Assembly: GCA_964230645.1 (NCBI GenBank)
Contig: CAXRHT010000002.1
Coordinates: forward strand, 1,280,001-1,344,000
From: Bdellovibrionales bacterium
Lineage (GTDB): Bacteria; Bdellovibrionota; Bdellovibrionia; Bdellovibrionales; JAGQZY01
Length of the DNA stretch: 64,000 bases
Direction of reading: 5' to 3'
Part shown: positions 57,752 to 64,000 of the stretch, piece by piece
Position numbering within the stretch: position 1 is the stretch's first letter
How the letters are laid out: each line of letters begins with the position of its first letter
Position numbers and translations under genes: made by a program
The notes under the pieces: model-generated
What the model saw: the letters and a program-made list of their open reading frames with translations, nothing else
The model's database searches: none
Told to the model about the DNA's origin: nothing

Positions 57752-58071
57752 TACCACTCCAAATCGTTTTAAAGTGGTGTTTTATTACACAAATAGAACC
57801 CGATGTCACATAAAAAAATCAATTTGATGTTATTACCACCCCGAGACCACACGGGGCCACCGAATCTGGATTCATCTGCCCTGTTAGACTGGGTAAATAG
57901 TTGAAATTACGGAAGATTTGACCTCCACTCCACACTACCGGGTACGCTCAACCGGGCCGAGCTCTCCAGACCCGTCCAAATTGGCGAGGCAAAAGTGAGG
58001 CTGACCCACCGGCCTGCAATGGCAACCCACAACTATCACCTGTTTCAGAAGTGAAACGTCAGTCATTGCCT

Positions 58072-58097
58072 AGATCCTTCGCTACGCTCAGGATGAC
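58072..58097. repeat. single REP-like arm
   Basis: AGATCCTTCGCTACGCTCAGGATGAC, identical to an arm in the 56.9 kb cluster. Confidence 0.85.
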
Positions 58098-58129
58098 TCG
58101 GGGGCTCATGAAGACTTGGGGCTCAAAAG

Positions 58130-58495
58130 CTAAGACTGGATGAATTTCAACAGATCACTCTTTATACGATCCAATTTGAGAGGTTTTTTCAAGAGACCAT
58201 CAAAATCAGTTCCGTCGACATCAAAATCAGCTTCTGCTGACACTAAAATCACTGGTAATTGATTTGATAGCTCTTTGCATTTTTTAACCACCTGAAGTCC
58301 ATCGAGCTCACGCATTCTAAGATCTGTGATGACAAGGTCATATTTATCGGGATGAGCTTCTAAGTCTTTTAAGGCCTCAAGTGGAGACAGAAAACAGGTC
58401 TCTGAAAAGCCGGCCCTAGAAACCATATGTTTCATCAAGGTTAAATTTTCCTGGGAGTCATCAATAATCAAAAGGTGGTATTTCTTCTCACTCAT
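58130..58495 (-). CDS. single-domain response regulator
   Basis: LLIIDD, VITDLRM (phospho-Asp), VSA, KKP. Start at ATG 58495 with a GAGG RBS. Confidence 0.88.
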   Translation of the reverse strand: MSEKKYHLLIIDDSQENLTLMKHMVSRAGFSETCFLSPLEALKDLEAHPDKYDLVITDLRMRELDGLQVVKKCKELSNQLPVILVSAEADFDVDGTDFDGLLKKPLKLDRIKSDLLKFIQS

Positions 58496-58567
58496 TCTTT
58501 CCTCGTAAAAAAACAATAGGGGAAGTAAGGTTTGACTTCGCTCGCCCGCATCTGTCACTTTAATTGG

Positions 58568-61237
58568 ATGGATAACTATTGGAATAAGTTAGCCTACGCT
58601 AAACAATCAATCAACGAATGTGGCTCAGAAAAAATTAGCTTTCTCGGTGCTGTACAAGACTGCTCCTGCCTTGTTGTTTTTCAACCACGCAGTGGAAAAA
58701 TTGTCGCTCATTCCGAAAATTTCGGTGAGAAAGTTTCTCCTTCTCAGTCTAATCCACTGGAGCAATCTCTTTTTGAACTGGTGCCACCGCCAAAAAAGTT
58801 TGATTCCTGGGAATCCGCACTTTCCAGTGGCGCGAAATCTCATTTAGTTGATTTTGAGGGAAAGTCTTTTTCAACCTCTCTTTACACTGTTGGAAATTTG
58901 GCCTACCTCGAATTTGAATTTTGTGAGGTAAAAGATGATTTTGATTTTGACCTCACCAAAGAATTTCTAGAATTTGAGGCCAATTACACCACCCAAGGTT
59001 TAGAAAAATTCCTAAAAAGAACCACGGACACTCTCAAAAAAGTGAGCATGTTTGATCGCGTTATGATTTATCGCTTCGAGCCAAACAAGGATGGCCATGT
59101 GGTTTGCGAAAGTAAAAACCAAGACCTTGAGCCATTTTTAGGTCTGCGCTATCCGGCAACCGACATCCCTCCTCAAGCTCGAAAACTTTTCTTTGAGTCC
59201 AGTAGCCGTTCGATTGAAGATGTGCACTCAATGCCATCAGCCCTACTCACGGCCCAAGGCTATGCTCAAGCCGATATTGATCTCTCCCAAACTTATTTTC
59301 GGGCTGTGTCTCCTTTTCACATCGAATATCTGAAAAATATGGGGGTTAGCGCTACCTTCTCTATTCCTATAAAAGTAGAAGGGGATCTTTGGGGGATCAT
59401 TGCTTTTCATAATTACCAAGGTCCGCTTTGCTTAACCTTAAAAGAGCGCACAGCCTGTGAAATCATGGGTCGTTTTGTTAGCAACTGGATCTCATCCTAT
59501 GTAAATCATCGCCGAGTTTTAAATAAAAATAAAATCCTTGAACTTTCTCAAGAGATTTTGGACGCCATCTCCTCTGGCCACTCTCCCGTAGAGTCCTTCA
59601 CCCAAAATGGTGACAGTCTTCTAGATACTCTTGAAGCGACCGGTTTTTCCGTAAAAATTGGAGAGAATTACACCCACTACGGCTCTTACCCCAGTCGAAA
59701 CAAAGTCAAAGGCATTGCCGAGCAACTTAAACATCACCAAGGACTTTCCATTTGGAAAACTGAAGATGCTCCCTTGGAAGGGCTTCCCAGTGACCCTAAA
59801 GCGGTGGGAGTACTTGCCATTCCCCTGTCGGTAGGCTTTGAGGATTTTATATTTTGGTACCGACCCGCGGCTGTGCAAACAGTGACCTGGGCTGGAAAAC
59901 CAAAACACAAAGACAACGCCCAAAAGAGGCTCAGCCCTCGCGGTTCTTTTTCTCTGTGGGAAGAAACTATAAAAAATCGCTCGCTCGAGTGGAGCCGCGA
60001 CAACACCGAATGTGCGCAATATATTCTTTTTTCTTTTGTGCGCGACATTTTTCGCAAAGCCTCCGAGCTTTCCGCAGCGAACAAAGAGCTTCAAAGGGTC
60101 ACCCAAGCCAAAGATGAGTTTATTGGTTTGGTCTCTCATGAACTAAGAACCCCGCTGAACGTTATGCTCGGTTGGATCGATATTCTTAACGACTCGCCGA
60201 GCCTGCCCGAAGACATTCAAGGGGCGGTGGACACCATTGACCGTAACGCCCGCGTGCAGGTGAATTTAATCAACGACCTTCTTGATATTTCTCGAATCAT
60301 TTCAGGAAAAATGCGAGTGAATTTCCAAAAGGATATCCGACTCAAAGCGCTGGTCGAAGAGGTGGTTGAAGATTTAAGCCCCACAGCTCACACCAAAAAT
60401 ATTTCCATTGGTTGTGATTTGGATGATCAGTGTATCACTTCAGGAGATCCCGAACGTTTAAGACAAGTGGTGTGGAATCTTCTTTCCAATGCAATCAAGT
60501 TTACTCCAAAAGATGGTAAAGTGGATTTAAGTGTTGTTCGTCATGCCTCCAGTTATCAAATAATCGTCGCCGATGACGGCATCGGTATTGAACCGAGCAA
60601 GGTTCCCTTCGTTTTTGATCGCTTCAATCAAGCTTCGACGTCTCAATACTCTTCTTCGGGACTTGGACTGGGCCTCTCTATAGTCAAAGCCATCGTTGAG
60701 CTGCACGGCGGGGAAATCTCGGCCCAGAGCTTTGGCCTGAATCAAGGTTCCACCTTCACAGTGACTCTCCCCATTTATGCCGTCCCACTTGAAGAAGAGG
60801 CCGAGGCACAAAAAAAGAATATAGATCCCACAGTCAATTTTCGCTTGGATGAAAAGAAGATTCTCGTCGTAGAAGATCAGCAAGATGCGGCACTAGCACT
60901 TAAAATTATTTTAGAACGTCTGGGAGCGGTGGTTTCAGTGGAGCCTGACGGAAAATCGGGGTTTGCTCAGTTCGCTACGGCTGAGCACGGAGAGTTTGAT
61001 TACATTCTCTCTGACATTGGGATGCCGAATTGGGATGGCTACCGTATGATCAAAGAGATCAGACACCTCGAAAAAGAAAGAGGCGTTACAAAGGTACCAG
61101 CGATTGCGCTCACCGCCTATGCCACAGCTAAAGATAAGAACAAATGCCTGGAGGCTGGTTTTAATATTCATCTCCCTAAACCCGTTGATAAAGCCGAACT
61201 CATCAAAACCATCCAAGCTTTAATAGCGGCGGAGTAA
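58568..61237 (+). CDS. bphP: bacteriophytochrome hybrid histidine kinase (PAS-GAF-PHY-HisKA-HATPase-REC)
   Basis: N-terminal Cys (ECGSEKISFLGAVQ), DRVMIYRF, PATDIPPQAR, SPFHIEYL, WAG, PRGSF, SHELRTPL, NAIKFT, DDGIG, REC SDIGMP. Confidence 0.93.
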   Translation: MDNYWNKLAYAKQSINECGSEKISFLGAVQDCSCLVVFQPRSGKIVAHSENFGEKVSPSQSNPLEQSLFELVPPPKKFDSWESALSSGAKSHLVDFEGKSFSTSLYTVGNLAYLEFEFCEVKDDFDFDLTKEFLEFEANYTTQGLEKFLKRTTDTLKKVSMFDRVMIYRFEPNKDGHVVCESKNQDLEPFLGLRYPATDIPPQARKLFFESSSRSIEDVHSMPSALLTAQGYAQADIDLSQTYFRAVSPFHIEYLKNMGVSATFSIPIKVEGDLWGIIAFHNYQGPLCLTLKERTACEIMGRFVSNWISSYVNHRRVLNKNKILELSQEILDAISSGHSPVESFTQNGDSLLDTLEATGFSVKIGENYTHYGSYPSRNKVKGIAEQLKHHQGLSIWKTEDAPLEGLPSDPKAVGVLAIPLSVGFEDFIFWYRPAAVQTVTWAGKPKHKDNAQKRLSPRGSFSLWEETIKNRSLEWSRDNTECAQYILFSFVRDIFRKASELSAANKELQRVTQAKDEFIGLVSHELRTPLNVMLGWIDILNDSPSLPEDIQGAVDTIDRNARVQVNLINDLLDISRIISGKMRVNFQKDIRLKALVEEVVEDLSPTAHTKNISIGCDLDDQCITSGDPERLRQVVWNLLSNAIKFTPKDGKVDLSVVRHASSYQIIVADDGIGIEPSKVPFVFDRFNQASTSQYSSSGLGLGLSIVKAIVELHGGEISAQSFGLNQGSTFTVTLPIYAVPLEEEAEAQKKNIDPTVNFRLDEKKILVVEDQQDAALALKIILERLGAVVSVEPDGKSGFAQFATAEHGEFDYILSDIGMPNWDGYRMIKEIRHLEKERGVTKVPAIALTAYATAKDKNKCLEAGFNIHLPKPVDKAELIKTIQALIAAE

Positions 61238-61238
61238 A

Positions 61239-61820
61239 ATGAAAGCTCCTCTTCTCTTAGAAATTAAAAAAGAAACCCAAAGTCTTCACGATGAAATTGA
61301 AAAAGCCATTCCAATCAGTGACCCTAGCTTTTCTTTTGACCACTACAAAACCTATCTCCTTTTTCTTTATCATTTTTATGAGACCAATGAACCCAACATG
61401 CTGGCCTTTGCCAATAGCTATCCTGAATTAGAGCTTGAAAAAAGAAGTAAAAGAGAAAGCCTAATTAAAGACCTCAACAATCACGGAATTTCACTACAAA
61501 CCAACCAAGATTGGCTCGCTAAACTGCAGCTTCCTTTGAAAGATATAAATGATCTGATTGGTTTTCTCTATGTGGTTGAGGGTTCAACTTTAGGCGGAAG
61601 AATCGTTGCTAAAATTTTGAAGGATCGTTTTTCTCAGTATGAAATCTCTATGCATTTTCTAAATATGTACGAAGAGGAGGCTCCGACTATGTGGAAGAGC
61701 TTTCATCATTGGGTAATGAACCATGAAAAACAACTCGATAAAAACGAAGTTTTAGGCTCAGCTAAAAATAGTTTTTTAAAGTTTAAGGAATATCAGCACC
61801 TGACTCACGATGGGCTCTAA
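61239..61820 (+). CDS. bphO: biliverdin-producing heme oxygenase
   Basis: ETQSLHDEIE (proximal His), LYVVEGSTLGG. Starts 1 nt after the bphP stop. Confidence 0.9.
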   Translation: MKAPLLLEIKKETQSLHDEIEKAIPISDPSFSFDHYKTYLLFLYHFYETNEPNMLAFANSYPELELEKRSKRESLIKDLNNHGISLQTNQDWLAKLQLPLKDINDLIGFLYVVEGSTLGGRIVAKILKDRFSQYEISMHFLNMYEEEAPTMWKSFHHWVMNHEKQLDKNEVLGSAKNSFLKFKEYQHLTHDGL

Positions 61821-61909
61821 GCAACGCTTGAGGTCCAAGTAGAACCAGAGCTGCTATCAGCAATAACGTAGATGCACTACCACTGGGAAGAAAACTTGTT
61901 AAAGCCTGA

Positions 61910-63136
61910 TTATGTTTTAATCACGCTAGGGATAACCGAAGCTGGAGTTTGATTAGAATAATAATCCATTGGTGATCCAAAAATGGCTCCAACGGTCGCA
62001 CTCACATTTTCGGGAAATATAAGGTTAACAGATTCTCCAGCGGAACTGGCTCTGCGTACGACTTCACCCGTGCTATAATTGATTGGGTAAGAGATGTGTT
62101 CAGCGACTCCATACTGTGAATTTTCAACACCAATGACAAAGCTTTCTCCACTGGATCGCCCCCCTTGCACACCTCGTCCTGCCAAAAGGACAGAATTAGC
62201 ATGAGGGTTATGATCTTTACCAGCAGAAGAATTAAGCGCGGAAGTTCTCGCAAATTCGGATACGACCATAAATGTCGTCCGGTCAAAGAGACTTTCTCCT
62301 TCGCTATATTCAACCATTTTAAAGGCATCGAACATTTCACTAACTTCTGACCAAGCTTGGGATTGAGCACTTAAATGGGAGCCCTCGTGAGAAGTATGGG
62401 TATCAAGTTCAGCATCAATATTAAGGCTTCCTTGGTAAGCCGCTTGCGCTAGGAAAGAAGCTATAAGTGCTCTGGTATTTTCGTCTGTAATCCCCATTGC
62501 GGTTAATTCTTCTACTTTTTCATTAATAAGATCCATTTTTCCATTAACAAGCTGCAGTCCGGCCAGGGCTTGGGCGAAAGTAGAGTCATCAATCAGTGGA
62601 GTTGTCGATAACATGCCTTCAAGAGATGAACTATTCGCCACGGATCTTAATTCAGTTAGAATTGTGTTTCGGGCACCTGTTGGAATGCTATTCTCTATAA
62701 GGACTCCTAAGGGCCCGCTTCGAGTGGATGCTGAGAGTTCTACGGGGATCAAAGCAGACCTTCCATCACCATATCCGCTTGAAATGATTTCTCGATTGGT
62801 GGAATGACCAGCATCGCGACGCATCTCAATGCCACGAATGATGTGGAGATCTTGGCTATGCTTAATCATAGATTGGAAGGCGGGACCAAAATGAAGCTCA
62901 CCAGCTTCAATAATTTCGTCTGCCTGGTATTCAATGAACATATCCTTTTGACTGTGACCTTCTTGATGAACTTTTGGATCCAGTGACAAGGTCACGTCCC
63001 AGCCATTATTCACTTGAATGAGAACAAAGAAGTGATCTTCATTATTAGCCCAAACTCTATTTGGAAGAAAGAGTGAGGATCCTGCCGTTGATGCAAAGAT
63101 TGAAGAAGTTAATTTTAGAAATAGACGTCTATCCAT
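61910..63136 (-). CDS. Tat-exported DUF1501-like protein
   Basis: MDRRLFLK twin-arginine signal, GWDVTLSLDP, LDTH, VVSEFART, GKDH. Confidence 0.8.
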   Translation of the reverse strand: MDRRLFLKLTSSIFASTAGSSLFLPNRVWANNEDHFFVLIQVNNGWDVTLSLDPKVHQEGHSQKDMFIEYQADEIIEAGELHFGPAFQSMIKHSQDLHIIRGIEMRRDAGHSTNREIISSGYGDGRSALIPVELSASTRSGPLGVLIENSIPTGARNTILTELRSVANSSSLEGMLSTTPLIDDSTFAQALAGLQLVNGKMDLINEKVEELTAMGITDENTRALIASFLAQAAYQGSLNIDAELDTHTSHEGSHLSAQSQAWSEVSEMFDAFKMVEYSEGESLFDRTTFMVVSEFARTSALNSSAGKDHNPHANSVLLAGRGVQGGRSSGESFVIGVENSQYGVAEHISYPINYSTGEVVRRASSAGESVNLIFPENVSATVGAIFGSPMDYYSNQTPASVIPSVIKT

Positions 63137-63146
63137 TTGAGCTCCC

Positions 63147-64000
63147 TTAGTAAGTCAGAAAATACCGCGTGCTTAGTAGTGTTTTCGCAAATAAAACCAA
63201 CGCATCAAGATTCGTTTGATAAGGGTCCTTTGCCAATTTTTCGTTTACCTGATTAAAAATGTTTTCTAAATTGTCTGATGGTATCACTCCCACGCCCAGT
63301 ATGTGTTGTTCGGCTATTTTGAGAATTTCCCTTTTTTCCTCATCTGAACTCGCTGACCACATTGTTTGTGGGCTGCTCAGGAATTCGGAGCTTGAATAAT
63401 ACTGACGCATTACTGACTCTTTCGTTTGCAAGCAGCTGTACCACCATCTCAAATAATTTGGATTAACATATTTAAAAATCGGGCGCCCGTCCACTGCGAC
63501 TGGAAATCCAACAGTATTACGATCGTTATCACTAAAGCTGCAGGTTGAGTAATTATCGTCTTCATCAAACTTGTCGGACAGTGACTGCAATAATACGTTG
63601 CCTGTTAAAAGCCGCGTGAATGTGGTGTAAAATGTCGGCTCAAGAAACTCTTTAAAACCCTCTTCGTATTCGATCCTGGAAAGTTCAGCAAACATCTCTC
63701 CGGATTGATAATGGGGTTGTCCATCATTGTCACGAGCTCCATTTTTTATCCAAGCCAATAAAAGATCTCTCTCTTCAGGGCGAAGATCCCACCCTGCGCT
63801 TCTCGGTGGCATCGTCGAGCCATTTCCTTGATGAGAAAGTTTTGTTTCAATAGCAATCTGCTCTACCAATGGGCGACCGTAGTATTGCTCATAAAAGCTA
63901 TTAAAAGGGTAACCGCCTGAAAGATCGGGAGCCATTGACTCTCCAGAATGGCAGCTATCACAACGCTCAAAAATAGGACGAACATGGGCATAACGAATGT
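63147..64000 (-). CDS. c-type cytochrome domain protein (5'-partial)
   Basis: The frame stays open upstream of the track's start: ...HVRPIFERCDSCHSGESMAP (CxxCH at 63948-63962), then TMPP and ERDLLLAWIKNGA. Confidence 0.78.
   Translation of the reverse strand, partial: IRYAHVRPIFERCDSCHSGESMAPDLSGGYPFNSFYEQYYGRPLVEQIAIETKLSHQGNGSTMPPRSAGWDLRPEERDLLLAWIKNGARDNDGQPHYQSGEMFAELSRIEYEEGFKEFLEPTFYTTFTRLLTGNVLLQSLSDKFDEDDNYSTCSFSDNDRNTVGFPVAVDGRPIFKYVNPNYLRWWYSCLQTKESVMRQYYSSSEFLSSPQTMWSASSDEEKREILKIAEQHILGVGVIPSDNLENIFNQVNEKLAKDPYQTNLDALVLFAKTLLSTRYFLTY

Noticed and set aside
58496..58567. Overlapping N-terminal extensions of the response regulator and phytochrome given by the ORF track
   Set aside because: Better ATG starts at 58495 (with RBS) and 58568 remove the head-to-head overlap.

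Overview
A 64 kb chromosomal window from a predatory Bdellovibrionota-like bacterium. The taxonomy is inferred from two MAT-type giant fibre proteins, GYF_2/PilZ proteins, a CdgA-like degenerate GGDEF protein and sigma28-type promoters. Housekeeping genes are nuoB-nuoCD-nuoE, rsmI, cysE, yhaM, purH, mlaEFD, alr, nadB, addAB, mntP and rpsD. Notable features: (i) two giant phage-tail-fibre-like adhesin genes (3247 and 1809 aa) point outward on either side of a ~10.8 kb core block; each has an apparently leaderless sigma28-type promoter, and they share a perfect 32-bp inverted repeat that could swap their promoters by inversion; (ii) an uncharacterised four-gene outer-membrane module of two FadL/PorV/TraF-like beta-barrels and two Cys-rich lipoproteins; (iii) a complete bacteriophytochrome + heme oxygenase + response regulator light-sensing cassette; (iv) an MlaD with a probable C-terminal beta-barrel (trans-envelope type); (v) composite REP-like palindromic repeats. 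I found no tRNA, rRNA, CRISPR array, integrase or transposase. All calls come from reading motifs by eye; no database searches were run.
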